This document shows positions 1-7,869 of a stretch of 24,033 nucleotides of DNA, piece after piece. Location of the stretch: assembly GCA_963780225.1 (NCBI GenBank), contig CAWAAX010000018.1:1-24033 (forward strand). Reading direction: 5' to 3'. The stretch's first letter is position 1; every line of letters begins with the position of its first letter. The notes beneath the pieces are model-generated. The model did not search any database, was not told where the DNA came from, and saw only the letters and a list, made by a program, of their open reading frames with translations. The position numbers and the translations under genes are program-made. Source of the DNA: an uncultured bacterium. GTDB taxonomy: Bacteria; Edwardsbacteria; AC1; EtOH8.

Positions 1-9
1 AACTACTGA

Positions 10-90
10 CCTCACCCACTTCGTAAAGGCATGCATGGGGTCTGACTCAGTGCATCGCCTGCCCCTCTCCAAATGAATTTGGAGAGGGAT
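10..90. repeat. REP-like palindromic intergenic element (CCCTCTCC-loop-GGAGAGGG type)
   Basis: Hairpin ccctctccaaat-ga-atttggagaggg at about 63-88. Shares ctca(a)cc..cttcgt, tgcatg and ctcagtgcat with the element at 4732-4850. Confidence 0.6.
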
Positions 91-121
91 GGAAGAAGTA
101 ATATTTTCTGAAATTATAGTT

Positions 122-153
122 TTCTGTGTTTCAGTAATTCCGTGTTTCTGTGG
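122..153 (+). repeat. Degenerate 8-bp tandem array (TTCHGTGT-like)
   Basis: ttctgtgt|ttcagtaa|ttccgtgt|ttctgtgg; the same unit occurs at 9684-9760. Confidence 0.55.
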
Positions 154-209
154 TAAAGTTAATTCCCTTAAATCATGTTAATCCTGTCAATAAATAAAAA
201 GGAAGATAT

Positions 210-1481
210 ATGCTGGATCCCAAATTCATCCGTGAGAACATCGAACTGGTCAAAAAGGCCATCGCCGACAAGGGCGAGAAGGCCGACCTGGGCCCCTTTC
301 TGGAGCTGGACACCAAGCGCCGGGCCATCGTCCAGGAAGTGGAAGTGCTGAAAGCCCAGCGCAACAGCGTCTCGGAAGAGATCGCCAAGTTAAAGAAGGA
401 AAAGTCTCCTTTGGCCGACCAGAAGATAGTGGAGATGCGCCAAGTGGGCGATAAGATAAAAGCGCTGGACGACGAGCTCCGGCTGGTCGAAGAGAAACTG
501 TCCGAGGCCACCCTCTCCCTGCCCAACATGCCCGACCCCTCGGTGCCGGTGGGAAAAGACGAGTCCGAGAACCTGGTGGACAGGGTGGTGGGCCAGGAGA
601 AGAAATATGACTTTGCCTTAAAACCCCACTGGGAGCTGGGCGAAAAGCTGGGCATCATAGATTTTGAGCGCGGGGCCAAGATCTCCGGCAGCCGGTTCTA
701 TCTGCTTAAGGGCGCCGGGGCCAGGCTGCAGCGGGCCCTGATCACCTGGATGCTGGACGTCCACACCCGGCAGAGCGGCTACACCGAGATCTATCCGCCC
801 TACATGGTCAACGGAAAATGCCTGGTGGGAACCGGCCAGCTGCCCAAATTCGCCGACACCGTTTACCGGGACATCGAGGAGGATTTTTGGTGGGTGCCCA
901 CCGCCGAGGTGCCGGTGACCAACATGTACCGCGAGGAGATTTTGGACGGCTCGCTGCTTCCGGTCAACCACGTGGCCTACACCGCCTGCTTCAGACGGGA
1001 GAAGATGTCGGCCGGCAAGGATGTCCGGGGCATCAAGCGGGGCCACCAGTTTGACAAGGTGGAGCTGGTGAAGTTCGTCCTGCCGGAGAAGTCGAACGAA
1101 GAATTGGACAAGCTGATCGCCGACGCCGAGAAGATCCCGCAGGCCTTGGGCTTTAAGTATAGGATCTTGAAGATGTGCACCGGCGACCTGGGCTTTACCG
1201 CCGCCAAGAAGTACGACATTGAGATCTGGGCCGAGGGCTGTAAGGAGTGGCTGGAGGTCTCCTCCTGTTCAAATTTCGGGGATTTCCAGGCCCGCCGGGC
1301 CAACATCAAGTTCCGCCGGGAGCCCAAGGCCAAGCCGGAGTTCGTGCATACGTTGAACGGCTCGGGGCTGGCCCTGCCCCGGACCATGATAGCGGTGATG
1401 GAGAATTACCAGAACGCGGATGGCAGCATCACCGTGCCGGAGGTGTTAAGGCCGTATATGGGGATGGATGTGATAAAGTAG
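210..1481 (+). CDS. serS: Serine--tRNA ligase
   Basis: N-terminal MLDPKFIREN and coiled coil; GTGQLPKF, PTAEVP, class II motif 2 (FRRE..GKDVRGIKRGHQFDKVE), EVSSCSN, HTLNGSGLA..R; aagga SD upstream. Confidence 0.98.
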   Translation: MLDPKFIRENIELVKKAIADKGEKADLGPFLELDTKRRAIVQEVEVLKAQRNSVSEEIAKLKKEKSPLADQKIVEMRQVGDKIKALDDELRLVEEKLSEATLSLPNMPDPSVPVGKDESENLVDRVVGQEKKYDFALKPHWELGEKLGIIDFERGAKISGSRFYLLKGAGARLQRALITWMLDVHTRQSGYTEIYPPYMVNGKCLVGTGQLPKFADTVYRDIEEDFWWVPTAEVPVTNMYREEILDGSLLPVNHVAYTACFRREKMSAGKDVRGIKRGHQFDKVELVKFVLPEKSNEELDKLIADAEKIPQALGFKYRILKMCTGDLGFTAAKKYDIEIWAEGCKEWLEVSSCSNFGDFQARRANIKFRREPKAKPEFVHTLNGSGLALPRTMIAVMENYQNADGSITVPEVLRPYMGMDVIK

Positions 1482-1535
1482 AAAACGTCACTATTTTAAA
1501 CCCATCGAATTCGAGGGCTTTACTGTTTTATGGTG

Positions 1536-1564
1536 TTGATTTTGTCAGACCAAAGTGCTATCAT
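1536..1564 (+). promoter_or_regulatory. Putative sigma70 promoter of the RM operon
   Basis: TTGATT (1536-1541), 17-bp spacer, TG-c-TATCAT extended -10 (1556-1564), about 30 nt upstream of the ATG at 1596. Confidence 0.5.
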
Positions 1565-1595
1565 ATAATAAACTTAAAATATTATAGGATATTTA

Positions 1596-2666
1596 ATGAC
1601 TACTGCAATAAAACCTTCGCTTTATGGGATAACCCATTCAAATCGTGATTTTTCCGATCAGTATTATTGGGGTAAAAATCAATTTAATTCATCTTTTCCT
1701 GTTGCGCTAGCCTGTTTAATGAGAGATGAAAACATTAATGCCGTATACCTACGAATAAACAAAGACCGGAAAATATACCACGATGAATTACCCATAGAAG
1801 AGTTGTTTGGTTCAAAATTACCCAACAATAAGCTACATTTTTCATTTGAATCCCGCTATGAACCGTATCACAAGTTTGTACACGACGAACTTGAAACTAT
1901 AGACTTAGTTGTAAAGAACGCTCAAACAAAAGCGTATATTCAACCTTTAGAAATAAAGTTAACAACCTTGCCCGACAATACAACAGAGGGAATGTCAGAA
2001 GATAAATATGGTTGCGAGGTGGTTATTCGGTCGCCAACTATGCGCTATATGGCATTATCAATGGCTCTTTCTCTTCAAAATAAATTCAAAGATATACGCG
2101 ATATATTTGAGCCCTCGTGCCTAAAAGTCCGTAACTGGGACAACCCCGACGAAATTAAAAACAAACTACCAAGCATGCTTAAAGCACTTGAGGATTTTAT
2201 CGCAAGTTATCGCAAATTTGAAAAACCCCTGCTCTTGCAGCCAGTGTGGAAAACAATTGGAAAGTCTCCTAAGTTGGCGGACAATTGTCTTGACATATTT
2301 GTTTGGAGCGATTTCGCTCTTACACGTTTATTTATGGATTCGGCGCTTGACAACGACTCACCTAAAATAAGCCGCCAACAAAGAGCGGCTGTTCGTCTTG
2401 CGCGTTTCCTTTTTGAAGTATCACGTTCTGGGAAAGTATATCAAGAGCCAATTTATGATGGAATGGGTTTAGGCAATCAAACCGATAAAGAATTTGCGAT
2501 ATCTGGCAATAAAACTCACCAATACATGAAGTGTGAACGGTTAACGAAACCTATCATTAGTAAAAAGCAAATCAAAGATATCATCCTTGGTGGCGGTCAA
2601 AAATGGTTAAGCCCAGAAAGACGCTTTGACGCAATAATATATTTTTCAACAGATTTGTTTGTTTGA
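1596..2666 (+). CDS. Type II restriction endonuclease, HindVP/HgiDI-like family
   Basis: N-terminal P.LYGI.HSNRDF...WGKNQFNSSFP, PD-(D/E)xK core IDLVV...LEIKLTTLPD, C-terminal GGGQ..LSPERRFDA; adjacent to a C5 MTase and Vsr; AT-rich. Confidence 0.85.
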   Translation: MTTAIKPSLYGITHSNRDFSDQYYWGKNQFNSSFPVALACLMRDENINAVYLRINKDRKIYHDELPIEELFGSKLPNNKLHFSFESRYEPYHKFVHDELETIDLVVKNAQTKAYIQPLEIKLTTLPDNTTEGMSEDKYGCEVVIRSPTMRYMALSMALSLQNKFKDIRDIFEPSCLKVRNWDNPDEIKNKLPSMLKALEDFIASYRKFEKPLLLQPVWKTIGKSPKLADNCLDIFVWSDFALTRLFMDSALDNDSPKISRQQRAAVRLARFLFEVSRSGKVYQEPIYDGMGLGNQTDKEFAISGNKTHQYMKCERLTKPIISKKQIKDIILGGGQKWLSPERRFDAIIYFSTDLFV

Positions 2667-2671
2667 GTTAA

Positions 2672-3685
2672 ATGAAAATGAAAGTCGTTGATTTGTTCGC
2701 GGGGGGGGGCGGTTTAACGCTCGGCTTCTCAAATGCTGGGTTCAATGTCATTGCAGCTTTTGACAATTGGACTCCAGCCGTAGCATTCTATCAAAAAAAC
2801 ATTCCAGACCATCCAATATTTAACTGCGATCTTTCCGACACTACTTGCATTGAAAGTATTGCTCGTTTTTCACCAGACATTATTATTGGTGGTCCGCCGT
2901 GCCAAGATTTTTCTTCTGCAGGAAAGCGTGACGAAACACTTGGACGTGCTGATTTGACGGTTACTTTTGCGCAAATAATAAACAAAATTCAACCATCATA
3001 TTTTGTGATGGAGAATGTAGACCGTGCGACTAAAAGCGCTGCTTTTTTACGGGCGAAATCCATTTTCAAAAAAGCAGGTTACGGTTTAAGCATTAAGATT
3101 CTTAACGCTAGCCTTTGCGGAGTTCCACAATTAAGAAAAAGAGTGTTCGTTGTTGGCGAAAAAGGCGGGGAAGACGGCTTTTTAGAAACCGCTCTTGACA
3201 AACATTTAGCGACAAAGCCCATGACGCTACGTGCTTATTTTGGCAATAAGATAGACATTGAGCACTATTACCGTCACCCGCGCAGCTACGCACGTAGAGC
3301 AGTTTTTAGCATTGACGAGCCAAGTCCCACAATACGCGGGGTTAACCGGCCAGTACCTTCAGGCTACCCGGGGCATCCAGGCGACACATGTAATGTTAAT
3401 TCACGTATACGCCCGCTAACCACAAAAGAACGTAGCAGCATCCAAACATTTCCGGAATCATTCGTTTTGACTGGATCAAAAACCGAAATAGAACAAATTA
3501 TCGGCAACGCTGTGCCGGTTAAACTTGCGGAATATGTTGCCACACGATTAAGAGAATATTTGTTGTTAAAAGAAAAAACCATTCAAATGCTAGTTAAAGA
3601 AAAAACAAGCAAATATGCCGAACCTAAAGTGAAAAAACGTAATCGCAGTTCACGATTATTAAATAAAGCTAACGCACATATTTAA
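2672..3685 (+). CDS. DNA (cytosine-5)-methyltransferase
   Basis: Motif I DLFAGGGG, IV GGPPCQDFS, VI MENV, VIII VPQLRKRVF, IX/X RPLT..ER..IQTFP and IGNAVPV. Start may be 2672 or 2678. Confidence 0.96.
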   Translation: MKMKVVDLFAGGGGLTLGFSNAGFNVIAAFDNWTPAVAFYQKNIPDHPIFNCDLSDTTCIESIARFSPDIIIGGPPCQDFSSAGKRDETLGRADLTVTFAQIINKIQPSYFVMENVDRATKSAAFLRAKSIFKKAGYGLSIKILNASLCGVPQLRKRVFVVGEKGGEDGFLETALDKHLATKPMTLRAYFGNKIDIEHYYRHPRSYARRAVFSIDEPSPTIRGVNRPVPSGYPGHPGDTCNVNSRIRPLTTKERSSIQTFPESFVLTGSKTEIEQIIGNAVPVKLAEYVATRLREYLLLKEKTIQMLVKEKTSKYAEPKVKKRNRSSRLLNKANAHI

Positions 3686-3686
3686 T

Positions 3687-4091
3687 ATGGTAGATTGTTT
3701 CACAAAAAAAGTCAGAACGCGTGTGATGACTGCCGTTAAATCACAAGGCAATATATCTACAGAAATTAAACTATTACGTATTTTTAAGTATTATAAGATT
3801 ACTGGCTGGCGTAGACATCAAAATATTATTGGACACCCCGATTTTGTTTTTTTTAAACGCAAAATAGCCATTTTTACAGACGGCTGTTTTTGGCATGGAC
3901 ATTCTTGCAAGATTATTAGGCCTAAAAACAATGCAGAATACTGGAAAACTAAAATCCAACAAAACCGTAAAAGAGACAAACGTATAACACGCGAATTGAA
4001 AAACAAAGGTTGGGAAGTCATACGTATTTGGGAATGCAATATTAAACTCCATCCATTGCCCCGTCAATTGAAAATTCTATTAAAGCCTTGA
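3687..4091 (+). CDS. vsr: Very short patch repair (T:G mismatch) endonuclease
   Basis: D.F....R..VM..VKS, G.PDFV, IFTDGCFWHGH.C, YW..KI..N..RD, GW.VIRIWEC. Confidence 0.93.
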   Translation: MVDCFTKKVRTRVMTAVKSQGNISTEIKLLRIFKYYKITGWRRHQNIIGHPDFVFFKRKIAIFTDGCFWHGHSCKIIRPKNNAEYWKTKIQQNRKRDKRITRELKNKGWEVIRIWECNIKLHPLPRQLKILLKP

Positions 4092-4111
4092 TGTTGTCAT
4101 CGGGCTTTAAT
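4079..4111 (+). terminator. Imperfect hairpin overlapping the vsr stop, possible terminator
   Basis: attaaagcc(t)tgatg-ttgt-catcg-ggctttaat followed by tgttttg. Confidence 0.4.
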
Positions 4112-4210
4112 TGTTTTGTGTGTTATACGTGTTTAGGAAGATAAACCTCCGTTAAACAATTACATGATGTACCAGCACAAAGTCACAAACAACCATAACC
4201 GCACCCTGCC

Positions 4211-4696
4211 ATGAACATCGACCAAACCAAACTCTCCCTCCGCAAAGCCACTGCCGCAGACATTGAGACCCTCATCGAGCACCGGATCATCTTTCTAAAA
4301 GAGGTCCACTGCGACCCATCCCCCGAATTGGAGGCTTCGGTAAGGCAGTCCTTGCGGCAATACCTGGCCGGAGCGTTTGGAAACGACACCTTCGTTTCCT
4401 GGATCGCCGAATACGAAAACAAGCCCGTCGGTTTCAGCGGAATTGTCTTCCGGGAACAGCCCGGCAACTTTGAACTGCCCGCCGGCCGGACCGGCTACAT
4501 CCTGAACATGTTTACCATCAGGGAATTCCGCCAGAACGGGATCGGGTCGGCGCTTTTCCAAAAACTTCTGGAAGAGGCCAAACTGCGGGGCTTAGACAAG
4601 GTGGAACTGCACGCCACCAAGGACGGCGAACCGGTCTATCGTAAATTCAAGTTCACCGAACCCCACGACATAGCCCTGGAGATAATTTTAAAATGA
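4211..4696 (+). CDS. GNAT family N-acetyltransferase
   Basis: LRKAT.AD start; acetyl-CoA motif NMFT..EFRQNGIGSAL; L.AT..GEPVYRKF.F. Confidence 0.9.
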   Translation: MNIDQTKLSLRKATAADIETLIEHRIIFLKEVHCDPSPELEASVRQSLRQYLAGAFGNDTFVSWIAEYENKPVGFSGIVFREQPGNFELPAGRTGYILNMFTIREFRQNGIGSALFQKLLEEAKLRGLDKVELHATKDGEPVYRKFKFTEPHDIALEIILK

Positions 4697-4731
4697 TATC
4701 TAACTTGCACAGGAACTGACTGTGGGTGCGG

Positions 4732-4850
4732 AACTCAACCCCGCTTCGTTTGTAAAATGCTTGCATGTCTCAGTGCATGCTTCGCTTCCCCTTCTCTTAC
4801 TCCAAGATAGCCCTAATTTATCCAAGAGAAGGGGACAGAGGGGATGAGTT
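4732..4850. repeat. REP/MITE-like element with nested inverted repeats
   Basis: Termini aactcaacccc / ggggatgagtt (1 mismatch); perfect 12-bp inner inverted repeat tccccttctctt (4787-4798) / aagagaagggga (4824-4835); related to the element at 10-90. Confidence 0.65.
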
Positions 4851-4937
4851 AGAGAAAAGATGTTTTAGGTAACTATTATACTGCTGCTCAATACGATAGA
4901 CTCACACACAATATGACTTCTCTAATCCCAACATAAA

Positions 4938-5447
4938 ATGTCAGACAACATCCTCATCCGCCCATACCAGCCCGACGACTCCATCCCGGAGATCACCGCC
5001 CTCCTGCACCGGGCCTACGCCAAGCCGGCCGGGCAGGGCGTCCGCTTTTGGGCCTCCCGCCAGGACGACTCTGTCACCGAGAAACGGCTTAAAGCTGGAA
5101 CCTCCTTCCTGGCCTTAAAGGACAATGCCTACGTGGGCACCATCTCGGTCTACGGCCCAGAGAAGAATTCCAGCTCGGCTTACTACCAGCGGGACGATGT
5201 CTGGCATTTCGGACAGTTCGGGGTTGACCCAACCCTGCAGGGCACCGGCCTGGGCAAAAGGCTGTACCAGACGGTGGAGGACCATTGCAAAAAGAACAAT
5301 GTCAAATTCCTGGCCCTGGACACCTGCGAGAACGCTGCGGACCTGATAGAGATGTACCAGCGCTGGGGCTTTAAGCAGGTGGACCGGGTAAAATGGGAGG
5401 TGGTGGACTTCCGCAGTATCATTATGGCCAAGGAATTAGTTTTTTAA
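4938..5447 (+). CDS. GNAT family N-acetyltransferase
   Basis: FGVDPTLQGTGLGKRL motif A; LALDT....A..LI.MYQRWGF. Confidence 0.9.
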   Translation: MSDNILIRPYQPDDSIPEITALLHRAYAKPAGQGVRFWASRQDDSVTEKRLKAGTSFLALKDNAYVGTISVYGPEKNSSSAYYQRDDVWHFGQFGVDPTLQGTGLGKRLYQTVEDHCKKNNVKFLALDTCENAADLIEMYQRWGFKQVDRVKWEVVDFRSIIMAKELVF

Positions 5448-5507
5448 CCGGGGGATATTATAAGGAAACCACGAATACAGGAAGATATCCTTTTTACCGG
5501 GTTAAGA

Positions 5508-5536
5508 ATTCATGGTTCGACACACTCACCACAAGT
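5508..5536 (+). repeat. 29-bp dispersed repeat, copy 1
   Basis: attcatggttcgacacactcaccacaagt; exact reverse complement at 11739-11767. Confidence 0.9.
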
Positions 5537-5577
5537 GGTTTCCTGGGTTCCTAATAAATAATCTTTTCTCACATAAC

Positions 5578-6009
5578 ATGCCAGCCACCGACCCCCGGCA
5601 GCACTCTGCCGAGCACATACTGACCGCGGTCTTTGGGCTTCTCTTCCACGGCAAACTGCTGGACACCAGGTTCAAGGGCACCAAGGTCCGGTGTGACTTT
5701 GCGGTCCAAAGCGATCTGTCCCTGGAAGAGATCATCCAGCAGACCGAGACCAAAGCTAACGAGATCATCGCTCAAAACTTGGCGGTCACCTACGAACAGA
5801 TGACCGCCGCCGAGGCCGCCGCCTACTGCTCCCTGCACCGCCTGCCGGAAGGCGCTGAGAATGTAAGACTGGTGCGCATCGGCCCGGAGGTGGTAACCCC
5901 CTGCAGCGGCCCGCACGTGGGGAACACCTCGGAGATCGGCAAACTGCACATCCGCACCTGGAACCTGGTGGAACCCGGCCTGATCAGGCTGACCTTTGTG
6001 GTTGAGTAA
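5578..6009 (+). CDS. Free-standing AlaX-type tRNA editing protein (tRNA_SAD domain)
   Basis: Zn ligands HxxxH (QHSAEHIL) and CxGxH (CSGPHV.NTSEIG), R.DF. Start placed at ATG 5578 because the upstream ATG 5512 lies inside a dispersed repeat. Confidence 0.85.
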   Translation: MPATDPRQHSAEHILTAVFGLLFHGKLLDTRFKGTKVRCDFAVQSDLSLEEIIQQTETKANEIIAQNLAVTYEQMTAAEAAAYCSLHRLPEGAENVRLVRIGPEVVTPCSGPHVGNTSEIGKLHIRTWNLVEPGLIRLTFVVE

Positions 6010-6049
6010 TGTACGGGCGGGCGCCCCAATCTTCTTGGAGAAAACGCAA

Positions 6050-6379
6050 ATGAAAAAACGAATATTCACCGGCCTTCTTCTGGGCTTGGCGGCCGGGATC
6101 ATTGACCTGTTCCCCATGCTGCTGCAAAAACTTAGCTGGGACGCCAACCTCTCGGCCCTCAGCCTGTGGCTGGTCTCCGGGGTGCTGACCGCTTCGGTGG
6201 ACTGGAGGATCAACCCGGTCGCCAAGGGAATGGTGGTCTCTTTTATGGTATTGCTCCCCTCCGCCGTCCTGATCGGCGCCAAAGAGCCGTTGAGCCTGAT
6301 TCCCATCGGAACCATGACGCTGATACTGGGCGGAGCGCTGGGACATTTTACTGAACGGCTAAACAAGCCCCAAAGGTAA
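6050..6379 (+). CDS. Small membrane protein (about 4 TM helices), unknown function
   Basis: MKKRIF start with ggag SD at 6037-6040; four hydrophobic segments. Confidence 0.75.
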   Translation: MKKRIFTGLLLGLAAGIIDLFPMLLQKLSWDANLSALSLWLVSGVLTASVDWRINPVAKGMVVSFMVLLPSAVLIGAKEPLSLIPIGTMTLILGGALGHFTERLNKPQR

Positions 6380-6428
6380 TGCATATTGCATACTTCAAAA
6401 TGCAAATTGCCAAATTGTAAATTGTAAA
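6380..6428 (+). repeat. Degenerate heptamer tandem array (AAATTGY)
   Basis: atattgc atacttc aaaatgc aaattgc c aaattgt aaattgt aaa. Confidence 0.6.
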
Positions 6429-6441
6429 CAGAGGCAAGAAG

Positions 6442-6846
6442 ATGTTCGACCGCCTGAATGACCAGCTGGTAAAAGCCCTGCTGGAGACCGTGCCCTACGA
6501 GCTGACCGTGATAGACCACAACGACGAGGTCATCGGCTGGAACCAGCACGAGACCCGGCTCTTCAAGCGCCCCATGGGCAGCATGGGCATGAACTTCCGC
6601 CAGTGCCACCCCCAGAGCAGCCTGGCCAAGGTGGAGGCCATCGTCAACGAGTTCAAGGAGAAGAAGCGGGACCGGGACCGGTTCTGGATCCAGCTTCCAT
6701 TAGGGCCCGGCGGCCAGAAGCAGATGGTGCTGATCGAGTTCTTTGCCATGCGCGATGAGACCGGAAAGTACCTGGGCTGCCTGGAATGCACCCGGAACGT
6801 GGAGGACATCCGCCAGCTGCAGGGCGAACAGCGTCTGATGAGCTGA
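6442..6846 (+). CDS. Stand-alone PAS-domain protein (PAS_10-like)
   Basis: LETVPYELTVID..DEV..WN....RLF.R, CHP..S...VE.I..EFK, G.YLG.LE; gagg SD. Confidence 0.8.
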   Translation: MFDRLNDQLVKALLETVPYELTVIDHNDEVIGWNQHETRLFKRPMGSMGMNFRQCHPQSSLAKVEAIVNEFKEKKRDRDRFWIQLPLGPGGQKQMVLIEFFAMRDETGKYLGCLECTRNVEDIRQLQGEQRLMS

Positions 6847-6872
6847 AAACTTTTGTTGCCGTTGTCCGAGGG

Positions 6873-6954
6873 GCCGGTGGTTTCGATACACTCCGCCGTC
6901 GGCTGAGTGTGCCAAAGGCATTATCGAAGCCAGGCGGAGCACTCAACCACCGGC
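6873..6954. repeat. Nested palindromic element
   Basis: Stems gccggtggtt/aaccaccggc (10 bp perfect), ctccgcc/ggcggag, ggct/agcc and tgcc-aaa-ggca, with TTCGATA...CACTCA internal motifs in both orientations. Confidence 0.75.
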
Positions 6955-6990
6955 TGTACCGAGGACCGGCGGAACAGAAAAGAAGCAACC

Positions 6991-7695
6991 ATGTGCGGAA
7001 GATTCACATTGACGGCCAGGCTGGAGGAGATCGCCGAGCGCTTTGAAATTGACGGTGAGGATGTGCTCAGGCTCAAGGACGAGTATCTCCCCCGCTACAA
7101 CATCGCGCCGGCCAACAGCGTGCTGGTGGTGCTGTTCGACGGGAAGCGCCGCCGCTTGAAGACCATGCACTGGGGCCTGCTCCCGCACTTCAAGACCGCC
7201 GGCAAAGCCGCTCCCCTGCTGTTCAACGCCCGGGCGGAGACTTTGAGTGAAAAGTTTACCTTCAGCAAACTGGTGGAAAAACAGCGCTGCCTGATAGTGG
7301 CCGACGGCTTTTACGAGTTCCTGCCGGTGGGCAAGACCAAGCGCCCGGTGCGCTATATACTAAAGGAGGGAAAACTATTCGCCTTTGCCGGGCTGTATGC
7401 CGTGAACAAGGATGATAAGGCAGCCTGCACCATAGTGACCACCGAAGCCAATGAACTGGTGAAGCAGGTTCACCCCCGGATGCCGGTGATACTGGAGAAG
7501 CCCGGTGAAAAGCAGTGGCTGGACCCGTCAATAGCAGAATATGAGAGCCTGGTGCCCTGCTTCACGCCGCTGGCAAAAGACAAGTTGACGGCTTACTTTG
7601 CCGATCCCAGGGTGAACAGCACCAAGAACGAAGGTCCGGAGCTGATAGACCATACCGGGGATATTGGGACATTATTTGACACTAACGGACATTGA
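6991..7695 (+). CDS. SOS response-associated peptidase (SRAP/YedK family, abasic-site protecting)
   Basis: N-terminal MCGRF (catalytic Cys2 fixes the start at 6991), RYNIAP, WGL.P, NARAET, RCLI.ADGFYE, VH.RMPVIL, VN...NEGP.LI. Confidence 0.93.
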   Translation: MCGRFTLTARLEEIAERFEIDGEDVLRLKDEYLPRYNIAPANSVLVVLFDGKRRRLKTMHWGLLPHFKTAGKAAPLLFNARAETLSEKFTFSKLVEKQRCLIVADGFYEFLPVGKTKRPVRYILKEGKLFAFAGLYAVNKDDKAACTIVTTEANELVKQVHPRMPVILEKPGEKQWLDPSIAEYESLVPCFTPLAKDKLTAYFADPRVNSTKNEGPELIDHTGDIGTLFDTNGH

Positions 7696-7769
7696 CCGTC
7701 ATTTGCAGGCGTTTACAGGAAATAAGTGCCGCAACCCCTTGCTAAATCTGGTTATTTTGGTTATATATA

Positions 7770-7804
7770 GCTGTAGGCTGTAAGCTATAAGCTTCAAGCT
7801 ACAA
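7770..7804 (+). repeat. Heptamer tandem array (GCTDYAR) x5
   Basis: gctgtag gctgtaa gctataa gcttcaa gctacaa. Confidence 0.7.
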
Positions 7805-7842
7805 TGGGTTTTTTATTTTTGATCTTTTATTTTTTTGGTTCC

Positions 7843-7863
7843 GTAATTAGTAATTAGTATTTA
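7843..7863 (+). repeat. Heptamer tandem array (GTAWTTA) x3
   Basis: gtaatta gtaatta gtattta directly before the dnaG ATG. Confidence 0.5.
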
Positions 7864-7869
7864 AGTCTG

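Noticed and set aside
4092..4210. att-like duplication of the serS 3' end bounding the RM island
   Set aside because: No similarity to the serS terminus was found by eye to the right of vsr.
4211..5507. Integron cassette array (tandem GNATs followed by atctaac..gttagag at 4698-4854 and ttttaac..gttaaga at 5442-5507)
   Set aside because: R-box-like ends are present, but no complementary L boxes at the correct spacing and no integron integrase; the first spacer is explained by a different repeat element.
6907..6990. N-terminal extension of the SRAP ORF
   Set aside because: SRAP requires Cys at position 2, and the extension is translated repeat DNA.
7739..7767. dnaG promoter TTGCTA-17-TATATA
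   Set aside because: Both boxes are only partial matches in an AT-rich stretch; too weak to call.
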